A stretch of 56,648 nucleotides of DNA from a virus (lineage: Duplodnaviria > Caudoviricetes): positions 1 through 56,648 of the IMG/VR virus record IMGVR_UViG_3300038678_000070. One strand, written 5' to 3'. Shown in pieces: positions 28,868 through 37,930 of this stretch (within the stretch, counting starts at the first letter, position 1; every line of letters begins with the position of its first letter). Below the pieces are notes generated by a model. It worked only from the letters and a program-made list of their open reading frames with translations, was not told the DNA's origin and made no database searches. A program made the translations under genes and the position numbers.

Positions 28868-28940
28868 AGCCGCAGGGAGGAATCGAACCCCCGACATACT
28901 GCTTACAAGGCAGTTGCTCTTCCAACTGAGCTACAACGGC
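28868..28940 (-). tRNA. tRNA-Thr(UGU), no encoded CCA
   Basis: GCCGTTG acceptor (one U-U mismatch), GCTC-AGTTGGAA-GAGC D arm, ACTGC-CTTGTAA-GCAGT anticodon arm, GGGGG-TTCGATT-CCTCC T arm. Confidence 0.92.
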
Positions 28941-29302
28941 TTTTTCATCCTCTGCGCTTCATTGTATTTCTTGGCATAGACTTTCTGGTAAGCTCGTTTG
29001 TACTTCTTGTGACAAGCGTCACATCTGACCTTGGTAAGCATCCGCCTCTTCCCTTCTACCTTGCAGTCCTTGCAAGTAAAAGGCTTGTCTGCGCCTACAT
29101 TCCGGCTGTTGTAGTTGCATGAACCGTTGTCGTCTTCCCCCATGTCCTTAGCTTTGATAGTCTTGAAAAGATACTCCTCCCCTGTCCTCTTGTTGATCCT
29201 GAAAATCTTACAGTCGCCATAGCCCTTTGAACCCTCTTCTACCGTGGTCACTACGTTGCGATCTTGTCCGTAAGGCAAGGTAAGCGTGTACGTGTCATTC
29301 AT
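28931..29302 (-). CDS. Hypothetical zinc-finger protein
   Basis: CKDC...CDAC; start moved to MNDTY; stop lies inside the tRNA 5' end. Confidence 0.65.
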   Translation of the reverse strand: MNDTYTLTLPYGQDRNVVTTVEEGSKGYGDCKIFRINKRTGEEYLFKTIKAKDMGEDDNGSCNYNSRNVGADKPFTCKDCKVEGKRRMLTKVRCDACHKKYKRAYQKVYAKKYNEAQRMKKPL

Positions 29303-29304
29303 TG

Positions 29305-29697
29305 TTACACTTTCTTTAGAAGTTCTAAGACAGCAAGGAGCAGAGCGTGTTGACGGGTTTTTGCGTGACCGTACTCTCGTGATAAAGGAAATTGGATAGT
29401 CACCTCCCAATCTCTTTGAACAGAATAATATTTGCAAGTGAACCATTGGGCTTCCCCCAACCGATCCATCACCGCACTCTGACCTTTGGGAGAGTAGAGG
29501 TATTCTCTTAAGAACCTGTCTGGTGTGACAATATGAGGGGAAACTTCATTCGTGTACCGCCCTATTTCTTCATAGAAAATAGTGTCCTGCTTCCCATCAC
29601 CACGAATACCAGAATCACCAAACTCGCACTTCTCTGACTTTACCCCCAACCACTCGGCAATCTCCACCGCCTGCTCTTGTGTTATTCGGTCATCCAT
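29305..29697 (-). CDS. Hypothetical protein
   Basis: ORF track; start uncertain. Confidence 0.6.
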   Translation of the reverse strand: MDDRITQEQAVEIAEWLGVKSEKCEFGDSGIRGDGKQDTIFYEEIGRYTNEVSPHIVTPDRFLREYLYSPKGQSAVMDRLGEAQWFTCKYYSVQRDWEVTIQFPLSREYGHAKTRQHALLLAVLELLKKV

Positions 29698-29944
29698 CAG
29701 GGCATTCACCTAGTCTTTCATTATTGTTCGAAATATTATCCAGAAAATCAACTACTGCGGGCGTGGCTTTGGGCCTCGCCGCCACAAACCAGTCCTTCAC
29801 TTCTTGTTTCATTGGAACCTTCTTGAAGATGATACAGTCGCGGGTAACGACCTGATACTTTGCAGCGCACCCGCTAGTCAGAATCAAACCGATCAATAGC
29901 ATCCCCAAGAGTCTTACTTTTCTTTCTGTTCTTATCCTCTTCAT
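29690..29944 (-). CDS. Outer-membrane spanin (lipoprotein)
   Basis: Lipobox-like LTSG-C after hydrophobic stretch; overlaps 3' end of i-spanin; alternative start 29902. Confidence 0.72.
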   Translation of the reverse strand: MKRIRTERKVRLLGMLLIGLILTSGCAAKYQVVTRDCIIFKKVPMKQEVKDWFVAARPKATPAVVDFLDNISNNNERLGECPDG

Positions 29945-30101
29945 CCAACCTCTTCCTTAGCTCAATGTTTTTCTTTAACCTCGCGTTCTCTGCGGCGATC
30001 TCAGCGGCCTTCTCGCGTGAACGATCAGACCGCCAAATGCGAAACGCACTGAATGCGGAATCCATGAAGCCTTTTACAATAGCACCCAGCCATGCAAACA
30101 T
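29874..30101 (-). CDS. Inner-membrane spanin
   Basis: N-terminal membrane anchor plus coiled coil; overlapping lipoprotein gene. Confidence 0.65.
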   Translation of the reverse strand: MFAWLGAIVKGFMDSAFSAFRIWRSDRSREKAAEIAAENARLKKNIELRKRLDEEDKNRKKSKTLGDAIDRFDSD

Positions 30102-30110
30102 AACGCTCTC

Positions 30111-30569
30111 CTAACTTTTTGCTCCTGCACGCATTTTTCCGAGTACCAAGGTACTGATGTGCGATTGCACAACCCCATATAAACTAGCAAGAGCCTTCTG
30201 CGTAACACCGCCAGCGGAGTACCGGGAGCGAATCTCTAATACTTGGCGATCGGACAGTTTTGCATACCCGTGGTTCTCCCCGCGCAATATAACTGTCCTT
30301 CCTTTGTTATCACGGTCCCGGTTGTTGTCTGCTCTTGTGCCAATAAATAGATGCTCTGGATTAACACATCTTCTGTTATCGCATTTATGCAGAACACACA
30401 TATCTTTTGGGATGGGACCGTTGGCCATTTCCCAGGATATTCTATGAGATGAGCTAACACCTCCATGCCAGAAAATATGACCATACCCTGAAGAGTCACG
30501 GGCGGCGATCCACTCCCAGCAATCGCCGCTCATGTCAACCTTGAGCCAGAACCGTAAAGCGTCACTCAT
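30111..30569 (-). CDS. HNH endonuclease with C-terminal HTH
   Basis: CWEW...SHRISW...VLHKCDNRRCVNPEHLFIGT..DN; TQKALASLYGV. Confidence 0.92.
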   Translation of the reverse strand: MSDALRFWLKVDMSGDCWEWIAARDSSGYGHIFWHGGVSSSHRISWEMANGPIPKDMCVLHKCDNRRCVNPEHLFIGTRADNNRDRDNKGRTVILRGENHGYAKLSDRQVLEIRSRYSAGGVTQKALASLYGVVQSHISTLVLGKMRAGAKS

Positions 30570-30754
30570 TTAGAGGCAACTCCCATGCGCAGGAATCCAA
30601 GCCCAAGACCCTCAAACATCATACGAGCCTCTTCACTCATCAGCAGGCCAAACACTCCCTGGACACTCATGTCGCTGGCTAGCATATTGACAGTGCCAAT
30701 AACAAACATCAATACTGCGACTATCAGGGTCTTTTTTCCTCGAAACCAATCCAT
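30566..30754 (-). CDS. Putative holin
   Basis: 62 aa, GKKT.I start, hydrophobic segments, upstream of spanins. Confidence 0.65.
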   Translation of the reverse strand: MDWFRGKKTLIVAVLMFVIGTVNMLASDMSVQGVFGLLMSEEARMMFEGLGLGFLRMGVASK

Positions 30755-30870
30755 ATTGCTTCTCCTTATAAGGTCAGATATATATCACAACCATTGTAAC
30801 ACGGATTTGTCAACCATTAAATCTTAATAATCCCAGGAGATAGATTGCCGTCTGGCCTCCGTCAAGTTTT

Positions 30871-31038
30871 TTATTCCTTTTCTTTTGGCAGTCTATAGCG
30901 AACCGCACCCACCGCATCTTTCCATCGCTCTACGTCTTCTAACCATATCCAGAAATGCCCACCAGTATTTGCATAGTAATTCGTGCACATTACCGGATAC
31001 CATGCAAACCATATATGCGTTTCGCTCCAACTTCTCAT
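30871..31038 (-). CDS. Small phage protein (MRSWSETHIWFAWYPV...WIWLEDVER, 55 aa)
   Basis: Translated by hand; WFAWxPV...WLExV pattern; ATG overlaps upstream stop. Confidence 0.65.
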   Translation of the reverse strand: MRSWSETHIWFAWYPVMCTNYYANTGGHFWIWLEDVERWKDAVGAVRYRLPKEKE

Positions 31039-31268
31039 CACTTCTCCTTTTCTTTCCAGTGGATACAGCCGAAGTCAGGCAAACGATTTTCGTGCAACTT
31101 TTCACAGTAAATATAACCCGCTCCGTATGGACCGGCACGCCGACAATCCCCGCAAGTGCCGATCAGGGTTTTGCCCATGCGTTTTATGATTTCTCGTATC
31201 TCAACATCCTGTCCTTGACAATTCTCGTCTCCGCAAATTGGGCATTCCCCTTCAAAATAATTCATCAC
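31038..31268 (-). CDS. Cys-rich GKTLIGTC-family protein (copy 1)
   Basis: CPIC...GKTLIGTCGDCR...C...FGCIHW. Confidence 0.7.
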   Translation of the reverse strand: MMNYFEGECPICGDENCQGQDVEIREIIKRMGKTLIGTCGDCRRAGPYGAGYIYCEKLHENRLPDFGCIHWKEKEK

Positions 31269-31282
31269 TCACTCCTATTTAA

Positions 31283-31465
31283 TAGGCTGGCCCCTTGTGT
31301 AGAGGGACCAGCCCCGTTACCAGCACTTTCGTCTCTTCGCTCGCGTTTCTATGAACATGCCCCTTAAGCCTTGCCGCGCAAGCGTGCCACACCGCACATT
31401 GCAGAGACGACGTGATTACCCAGTCTGTGCCTATGGACCCTGGGAGAAGGATTGGCAGGCAGGGC
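31283..31465 (-). ncRNA. Candidate structured non-coding RNA (element B)
   Basis: GC-rich intergenic nested stems plus strong terminal hairpin. Confidence 0.45.
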
Positions 31466-31575
31466 GAATTAGAAAAATATCCATTTAACAATGAAGCATC
31501 CAGTTACGAACCAAGCTAACCATTTTACTATCGAGATAGCCGTTACAACAAGCACCGCTTTGTCAACTGGGTTCA

Positions 31576-32091
31576 TCACTTTCCCCTTTCATGGTCGTTC
31601 CAATAACTGTATTCGTTATTCAAAAGATGAGGCTTGATGCTATCAAGACCTAAATACCAAGATAACACATCAAATGCCTCGTCTTGCCCGCAACATATCT
31701 CAAACATCCAACCATTACGCCTCACAAAATCCCCAAACTCTTGCTGATCTTTGCTAGGCTTGTGGTAGCTGATTGATCCACGCACAGGAGAAATAGAGGG
31801 CGCTCTTTTGAGTTCTATGTAGAGGCCGGTGTATATGACAGGTGTGGTAGAATCATATAATTCTTGCCGCCACCGTGGAACCGGGTGGCATATATCAGAT
31901 ACGCCAGCCTTTAATCCTTCGGCAACCATTCTAACGCCTCTTCTTATGCCGTTCACCCCTGACCCTCCGGCATTCGGTATCGCATGAGTCCACCTGACCT
32001 CTGGATATTTAGGCAGGAGGATCGTGTTGATTCTCTGGAACAGAGCAATTTGTTCGTCGCTTTCACTCAGAACTAATTTATTTTTTGACAT
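31576..32091 (-). CDS. VRR-NUC domain nuclease
   Basis: HAIPNAG...EGLKAGVSDI...GLYIELKR...S.DQ.EF. Confidence 0.85.
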   Translation of the reverse strand: MSKNKLVLSESDEQIALFQRINTILLPKYPEVRWTHAIPNAGGSGVNGIRRGVRMVAEGLKAGVSDICHPVPRWRQELYDSTTPVIYTGLYIELKRAPSISPVRGSISYHKPSKDQQEFGDFVRRNGWMFEICCGQDEAFDVLSWYLGLDSIKPHLLNNEYSYWNDHERGK

Positions 32092-32096
32092 GAGCG

Positions 32097-32567
32097 TTAT
32101 CCCGTAAAATTAGTGTATGCAAATTCTCCGTGCAGCTTGACCGCGTATACATCGTAGCACTTAGCTGCATCGGATTCGGAGTCAAAGAATCCTAGGAATA
32201 TTAGTTTCTTGTTAAACTGTATCTGCGCAACCCATTTGCCTGCGGCTGCACGAAAAGACACGCCCTTGTATTTTGAGGATGACGTTTTCCTTGCCCCGCA
32301 ATTCAACATATTTTCAGCATGAGTGACAGATCTTAAATTAGATCTACGATTGTCTAATCCATTGCGGTTCACATGGTCCGTAACCAAATGGTCTGGCGGC
32401 TCTAGGATCTTACGGTGCATAAAAACTGATTGCCGTCTCCCATCCGGCTGCATTATATTGCTTCTAGCATAGCCTAAGGCGTAATGCCAATTCCATTGAC
32501 TAAGCCAGGCATAATCGTCATCATCAACTAAAGCGACTTTTCCTTGGCTTAGCTTAATTTCTTTCAT
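32097..32567 (-). CDS. HNH-AP2 homing endonuclease (copy 2)
   Basis: LSQGKVALVDD; TDHVNRNGLDNRRSNLR; SSKYKGV; HGEFA. Confidence 0.92.
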   Translation of the reverse strand: MKEIKLSQGKVALVDDDDYAWLSQWNWHYALGYARSNIMQPDGRRQSVFMHRKILEPPDHLVTDHVNRNGLDNRRSNLRSVTHAENMLNCGARKTSSSKYKGVSFRAAAGKWVAQIQFNKKLIFLGFFDSESDAAKCYDVYAVKLHGEFAYTNFTG

Positions 32568-32591
32568 CGTGTTCGCTTGCTACAAGTTTAG

Positions 32592-32882
32592 TCATTTGCA
32601 CGCCATGCAATCGCAATATTTTGGGTCCGGGGCTGTTTCCCCACTCAATACTGAGATATAAACTTCTCTTATCGGGTAAGTTGTGCACCCGTCGTGGTAC
32701 TGGAATGAGTGAGTATCAAAACCCATTTCCTTTATTACTTCACCATAATAACTGATAGGATGGCGGTTAGGTCGCATTGCAATTAATTTTTCTAAAATTT
32801 GTTCTTTGTTCAATTTTCTTAGCATCGCTTTAATAGATTTGCCATATTCAGTGCCCTCAATGTTAATCATTCGCATGTCCAT
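32592..32882 (-). CDS. Hypothetical protein
   Basis: ORF track. Confidence 0.55.
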   Translation of the reverse strand: MDMRMINIEGTEYGKSIKAMLRKLNKEQILEKLIAMRPNRHPISYYGEVIKEMGFDTHSFQYHDGCTTYPIREVYISVLSGETAPDPKYCDCMACK

Positions 32883-33196
32883 CCTTCCTCGCCTCTCAGC
32901 ACCGTCATATAGCCCGTGTTCACATCGAGTACCTCTCGGCTATCACCTGACCCTAAAGTGGCTTCAGCGTCATCTGAGGCCGGATAAGAGACAATGTACT
33001 CAGGATTAAGAGGGTGAGTGCAGACAATGATTTGAGATGGCTCAACGTCCCCTTGTATTGGGGCTAGTTTGATGACGATTCTGCCGTCGATTGGCTCTTC
33101 TTGGTGGTTCACCGCCCATATTGTTCCAGTAGCCACGAGAGCAAACGTCATAATCATCAGGAGCGTGATCCTGCCTGTATGATCTTTTTTATTCAT
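32867..33196 (-). CDS. Membrane-anchored hypothetical protein
   Basis: N-terminal TM; CTHPLNPEY motif resembles 28463-28819. Confidence 0.6.
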   Translation of the reverse strand: MNKKDHTGRITLLMIMTFALVATGTIWAVNHQEEPIDGRIVIKLAPIQGDVEPSQIIVCTHPLNPEYIVSYPASDDAEATLGSGDSREVLDVNTGYMTVLRGEEGWTCE

Positions 33197-33237
33197 TTTG
33201 AGTTTCCCTTAATGTGATGTTTACAGTTTACTAGTCT

Positions 33238-33435
33238 TTAGACCTCTTTGCCTTCAGCGACAATCTTTTTTACGCAATGCCGACATATTTCGCCAGAGTC
33301 CGGGTTGCCGTTTTGTCTGATGCTAATATCTGCTTTAAAATTCTTACCGTTTGCGTAGACCCAAGGGCGGTATCTATCTGATATGTAATTGCGGGTTATC
33401 TCTGTTTTGCACATATCGCAGAAGTATTTAATCAT
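33238..33435 (-). CDS. Zinc-ribbon-like hypothetical protein
   Basis: CDMC...CRHC. Confidence 0.65.
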   Translation of the reverse strand: MIKYFCDMCKTEITRNYISDRYRPWVYANGKNFKADISIRQNGNPDSGEICRHCVKKIVAEGKEV

Positions 33436-33794
33436 GGCGTTGCGTGCTCCACCTTGGCCTGGACAACAACATTAGCAAGCGCCTCTTGGAGCGCACTACC
33501 ATCCAGAGGGGTTTCGATATTAGTGGTTTCCGCCTTTAGCTGCGCATGAAGACCAGTAATGATAAGTTGACGTTCCGCGTAGTGCCTGTTCAAGGAACGC
33601 AGGCACTTCTTCCTGTTCCTCGCCTTGATTCTTAGCCTCTCGTATTTAACCAGAAGCTCGGCGTGGTCGTGCAGTAAAGTGGCGTAGTTGAGCGTCTCGC
33701 CCTCCTGTGTCTTCCACGGTGGAGTTTGCTTTGTGTTCCCGTTTCGGCATGGTCGTGCAGTAAATGGGTCATTGATCTTGGCTTTCATTGTCAT
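33432..33794 (-). CDS. Hypothetical protein
   Basis: ORF track; coupled to neighbours. Confidence 0.55.
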   Translation of the reverse strand: MTMKAKINDPFTARPCRNGNTKQTPPWKTQEGETLNYATLLHDHAELLVKYERLRIKARNRKKCLRSLNRHYAERQLIITGLHAQLKAETTNIETPLDGSALQEALANVVVQAKVEHATP

Positions 33795-34002
33795 TACTCC
33801 TTTTTAATTGGTTCATAGCTTTAATGTATGCCGCCGCCCCAGAATCAAACCCGCCACGCTCAATTTTCTCGTCACACTCCTTGTCGGACCAGATTTTTAC
33901 CGAATCCAAAGGGTCTTCCTCAACAGATTCATTTTGAATCCTCCTGTAATATTGCTCCGATAATGATTTTCTCTTAAAAATATTTTTGATCCAATCAATC
34001 AT
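33769..34002 (-). CDS. Hypothetical protein
   Basis: ORF track; ATGA coupling. Confidence 0.6.
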   Translation of the reverse strand: MIDWIKNIFKRKSLSEQYYRRIQNESVEEDPLDSVKIWSDKECDEKIERGGFDSGAAAYIKAMNQLKRSNDNESQDQ

Positions 34003-34304
34003 TCAGTCTTCTCCTGTTTGTTATGGCTGGGGTTCTTTTTTGCCATGTTTCTGAAATTCTCTTTCTGCTTATCAGACATTCCTCTTTTAAACTTGTTCGG
34101 GTTGTATGGATGGCTGTCATACAATGGGCATTCTGGCGTCTTGCAGTCGGCAACGCCGTCAGCATAGCCCCCCATGCAATCATAGCAAAATGCTACTATC
34201 TGCTCCGATTTTGTTAGTCGGAGCCCGTCCAAAAACTTCTTGTACTGGGCCGCCCCTTTGACACCGGTCAGTCCGTTTTCATACACCGTTCTTTTGGGTT
34301 TCAT
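33999..34304 (-). CDS. Cys-rich hypothetical protein
   Basis: CYDCMGG...DC..PECPLY. Confidence 0.7.
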   Translation of the reverse strand: MKPKRTVYENGLTGVKGAAQYKKFLDGLRLTKSEQIVAFCYDCMGGYADGVADCKTPECPLYDSHPYNPNKFKRGMSDKQKENFRNMAKKNPSHNKQEKTE

Positions 34305-34314
34305 TGTTTACCCT

Positions 34315-34575
34315 CTAGTTTACTGTTGGGTCAGGCTCGCTATCCATAATGCAGGCCCGCATCAAACGGTTAGCGTCTTCAGGGGACATACTGGAGACAA
34401 CGCGTACAAGGCCATCTGTTTCTGGATCTCCAACCGGGGCTACCATTAAAACGTAGGCGTACCCCGTCGTGCCTAGATGCCCGTCCACTTCAGGGTTTAA
34501 TGTTTCATCCAGCGTGTCCACTACACGCTCCATCATCTTCTCAATATCGTCGTTTGGCTCTTTTCTGGTATCCAT
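34315..34575 (-). CDS. Hypothetical protein
   Basis: AGGAGG RBS; downstream of a TTGACA-17-CATTAT promoter candidate. Confidence 0.65.
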   Translation of the reverse strand: MDTRKEPNDDIEKMMERVVDTLDETLNPEVDGHLGTTGYAYVLMVAPVGDPETDGLVRVVSSMSPEDANRLMRACIMDSEPDPTVN

Positions 34576-34637
34576 AATTTCCTCCTTTGGTTATTAATTC
34601 ATAATGACAAATGAAACTATACTTGTCAACTAGTGGG

Positions 34638-34853
34638 TCAGGCTTTTTTCATCATTTCATCGAAATCTTTTTTCATGATTTCTGCTGCGACCGCTTTTAT
34701 CTTCTCCGCCTCTGCCGGGTCCATAAATTGCAGAAACTCTGGCTCTGCGGGCGGTTCTGGGTACGGCGGGAGTGGCGGGAGGCCGCCCTGTTTTATAGCC
34801 CACTCCAACATTGTTATGGTTTGTTTGTAGTGTTCGCATTTTAAACAAGTCAT
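34638..34853 (-). CDS. Hypothetical protein
   Basis: ORF track; ATGA coupling. Confidence 0.55.
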   Translation of the reverse strand: MTCLKCEHYKQTITMLEWAIKQGGLPPLPPYPEPPAEPEFLQFMDPAEAEKIKAVAAEIMKKDFDEMMKKA

Positions 34854-35206
34854 TGCTTTTCCCCCATTTCGTTATAAATAAATTTCTTGATTTCAGCTTT
34901 CAACTCAGCGTTTTCAGATTTTAAAGCAATTACATCGTCACTGAAATTAAAGTTAGCCTCTTCAAGTTTTCTTACGCCATCCCTTAGGAAACTGTTTCTG
35001 GCCTCCATCTCATCCCATTCATCTGCTTTACTTGCAATAGCCTTGTTTAATTTTATGGCCAGCTCCTCCCAATACTTCTCCGCTTCCCTTGCACGCTTGG
35101 CCTCAAACAATAACCTTGTATACGGGCTATGTTTTTTGGACGGTTTAATAGCATACAGTTCCCCGAACTGGCTCAAAAACTCCTTATCACTCATTCTTTG
35201 TTTCAT
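34850..35206 (-). CDS. Coiled-coil hypothetical protein
   Basis: ORF track; GGAGG RBS. Confidence 0.65.
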   Translation of the reverse strand: MKQRMSDKEFLSQFGELYAIKPSKKHSPYTRLLFEAKRAREAEKYWEELAIKLNKAIASKADEWDEMEARNSFLRDGVRKLEEANFNFSDDVIALKSENAELKAEIKKFIYNEMGEKQ

Positions 35207-35689
35207 TTATTTACCTCCAAGGTTGAAAACGGCGAACTCGCCGTGCAGATGATACGCCGCAACGTCATAAGTTTCAGCGGCGTCACGCTCACTGTCAAAG
35301 AGGCCTAAGTTTAAATGCGTTGCTCCAGCTTTAATCCTGGCCCTCCATTTCCTTTTCTGCTTAGACCAATCTACGCCCTTATACATCGAGGTTGCAATTT
35401 TATTGCCGCCGCGGTTAAACCCGTTCTGGCTGTTGGTCACTGTTCGCAGGTTATCAACCCTATTATCTAGCTTGTCTCCGTTAATATGGTCGGTATATTT
35501 TCCCTTGCCAGTACGGTTAATTTCTCTGTGCATATAAAGCATCACCCCATACGGTTTACTGGCGTCCTCATAAGAGCGACGCATGGCATATCCGCAACCA
35601 CTATAATGCCACTTCCACTGCGCCAGATTGTGGTATTCGTCGTCATCAACTAGTGCTACTTTTCCTTGGGTTAATTGAATTTCTTTCAT
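35207..35689 (-). CDS. HNH-AP2 homing endonuclease (copy 3)
   Basis: LTQGKVALVDD; TDHINGDKLDNRVDNLR; YKGV; HGEFA. Confidence 0.92.
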   Translation of the reverse strand: MKEIQLTQGKVALVDDDEYHNLAQWKWHYSGCGYAMRRSYEDASKPYGVMLYMHREINRTGKGKYTDHINGDKLDNRVDNLRTVTNSQNGFNRGGNKIATSMYKGVDWSKQKRKWRARIKAGATHLNLGLFDSERDAAETYDVAAYHLHGEFAVFNLGGK

Positions 35690-37344
35690 TGGTCTAAATA
35701 CCTCCCAGTTTTATATTCAAAGTCTAATTTCACCATACCGTGCTTGCCAACTTCAGGCTGACATTTTATTTTTTGTACATGGACATGCACTTCAGGGCTG
35801 TAAAGATCGTCCATATCACGCCAAACACAAATAATACAATCCGCGCTATTATACCAGAAGCTAGACCCGCTGATATCGAACGGTTGTGGCACAGGTTGCT
35901 TCGCACCGGGCCTTTCCTTGCGTAGTTTTGTCGGGTGAGCAACAACCCAAATATGAATATTATGCTTTGTGGCAAACCGAACAATCTTTCCTAACATACG
36001 TCCTGTGTACTGATGTTCTGTCATCCCGTGATCAACCACATGGTCGCAAGCCCCCCAAGGGTCGAACACAAACCCATTCAATCCATGCCTAGCAACTAGT
36101 TTCTCAGCATAATTCAAGAGGGACATGATATCCATCTTATCTTCCGAAGGAGTGATAAAAAAGAAATGGTCCCTCACCCACTGCATTTCTGGTATTAATT
36201 CTGAGTCAGGGAGTCTGTCTGGCAAACCAAGCCTGACAGACTTGCCAGAATGCAAGCCGACGAAATTACGAACATGGCGAGCGGGTGGCCTTGTCTCTGG
36301 CGAGAACAAGGCGAATTTCCAATCTTCACCAGTAGCTAAGTTCACAAGCAAAGCGTCAAGGAACGTACTTTTCCCATGAGAAGGTATTCCGCAAAGTATA
36401 GTCAACTCGCCAAGTTTTACCGTATAATTTTCATCCAAGGAGTACCACCCTGTGCTTGCCCCTGGCGGCAGACCATTATGGAATATATCAACAACCTCGT
36501 CTGCAAAGTCGTCAACCGTTGACACCCCCTCCATAGGGGGCCATTTCGCGGTGTCAACAGCAACACGCAACCCTTCGACCCCGTATTTCATTAGGCACGC
36601 GTTCGCATCTTTGATCCCTTCAGGCCATGTTAATACCTTACATAGATCGGCAGGGAGCAACCGGAGTAGCGTCTCTTTGAGCTTCTCTCCAGCTTCGTCA
36701 TTGTCCAGCGCGAGTACATGGCAAGACGCATCTTTCCATTTGGTGCTGTCGGATAGAAATTCCAGCTTATCACTAGCCCCATTCGGGACGGATACACAGC
36801 TTTTGAAACCGGCAACTTCGAGTGAGAGCGCATCAATCTCACCCTCCGTCCAGAATAAAGGCTCTCCTGCAATAATGTCGTCATATTTGTATAGGGTCTT
36901 CTCAGCTTCCTTGACCATCTTGAAGTTTTTATTACCATCACGAAACTTTATATTAACGATTTCCCCGTCTTTGCAATAAGGGAACCTGATTGCGTTGACC
37001 GTCTCGCCCAACTGGGGCATGTGTTCAGGGCCATCAGTGATCTTGTTGCGGGCTAGCACTTCTCCGGTAATCCCGCGACCGGCAAACCAAGCCCTCGCTT
37101 TGTCTGATAGGCCATCGACCACTGAATATTTAGGCTTGACAATGCGTTTGATTTTTTCGTCGTAGTTCAAACCCAGGGAACCGGCGAACGAGCAATTGTG
37201 GCAATTCCATAGCCCTTGCTCTACGTTCACGCTTAAGCAGGCGTCCCTGCTGTTCCTGCGGGACGCAGAGCATTCAGGACAGGTCGTCTTAAACGAACCT
37301 GTCCGCCCCTCGACGTTTATGCCGACGTCTTGGAATGACTTCAC
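35686..37344 (-). CDS. Primase-helicase (T7 gp4/Twinkle-like)
   Basis: CPEC...CHNC zinc finger; TOPRIM EGEIDALS and LDNDEAG; Walker A GIPSHGKS; VVAHPTK. Confidence 0.93.
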   Translation of the reverse strand: MKSFQDVGINVEGRTGSFKTTCPECSASRRNSRDACLSVNVEQGLWNCHNCSFAGSLGLNYDEKIKRIVKPKYSVVDGLSDKARAWFAGRGITGEVLARNKITDGPEHMPQLGETVNAIRFPYCKDGEIVNIKFRDGNKNFKMVKEAEKTLYKYDDIIAGEPLFWTEGEIDALSLEVAGFKSCVSVPNGASDKLEFLSDSTKWKDASCHVLALDNDEAGEKLKETLLRLLPADLCKVLTWPEGIKDANACLMKYGVEGLRVAVDTAKWPPMEGVSTVDDFADEVVDIFHNGLPPGASTGWYSLDENYTVKLGELTILCGIPSHGKSTFLDALLVNLATGEDWKFALFSPETRPPARHVRNFVGLHSGKSVRLGLPDRLPDSELIPEMQWVRDHFFFITPSEDKMDIMSLLNYAEKLVARHGLNGFVFDPWGACDHVVDHGMTEHQYTGRMLGKIVRFATKHNIHIWVVAHPTKLRKERPGAKQPVPQPFDISGSSFWYNSADCIICVWRDMDDLYSPEVHVHVQKIKCQPEVGKHGMVKLDFEYKTGRYLDQ

Positions 37345-37745
37345 GTTTCAAGTAATTCAGGGGACTCGTAAATATTGCCGATTACTTCAAATGAATCAAT
37401 CAAGTGATTGTGAAATAGTGTTTTCCCGGCCTGATTCTTCGTTGCAAATCCCCCAAACTCTTCAACAAAAACAACCTCGCCCTCGTGCGGCAGAATATCG
37501 TTTTGAGTGATCATTTTGCATTTAACAACGTCGCCTTCAAAAATCTCCTTACCGTTCTTGTCTTTCAGGCCGGTGAATTGCATTAAGATTGCCTGAATCC
37601 CGTGATCCAGTTCTGCATCTTCAACAGAGTTCAAGAATTCCGCTAAAGACCTATCTTCCATCATTGACATTATTTGAGAGTCAAAAGTCTTATGCTTGCC
37701 ATTAATAAACCAAGCGCGGAGTTTGATAGCCCTAGAATTGCTCAT
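37341..37745 (-). CDS. YopX-family protein
   Basis: IKLRAW; MQFTGLKDKNGKEIFEGDVV; EVIGNIYESPELL. Confidence 0.9.
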   Translation of the reverse strand: MSNSRAIKLRAWFINGKHKTFDSQIMSMMEDRSLAEFLNSVEDAELDHGIQAILMQFTGLKDKNGKEIFEGDVVKCKMITQNDILPHEGEVVFVEEFGGFATKNQAGKTLFHNHLIDSFEVIGNIYESPELLET

Positions 37746-37930
37746 TGTTCCCCCTCCGGTAAGTACGGCGGTTGTTTAGAGGTTTCATAGCACCCCGCCG
37801 CGATTAGTTCGTCTTCCAGCATCATTTGATTAGCGGTTGCTCTGCACTCTTTCAATGTCCCATCAAATACCTTCTGCGTGCTACCCAGTGTGTCGAGAGA
37901 CAACACCCAAAGGATTATTAAGATTTTCAT
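37742..37930 (-). CDS. Small exported hypothetical protein
   Basis: Hydrophobic N-terminus, two Cys; ATGA coupling at 37927-37930. Confidence 0.6.
   Translation of the reverse strand: MKILIILWVLSLDTLGSTQKVFDGTLKECRATANQMMLEDELIAAGCYETSKQPPYLPEGEQ

Noticed and set aside
30893-31138. ORF-track protein MPVHTERV...
   Set aside because: Overlaps GKTLIGTC copy 1; another frame (30871-31038) gives a better coupled, motif-bearing gene
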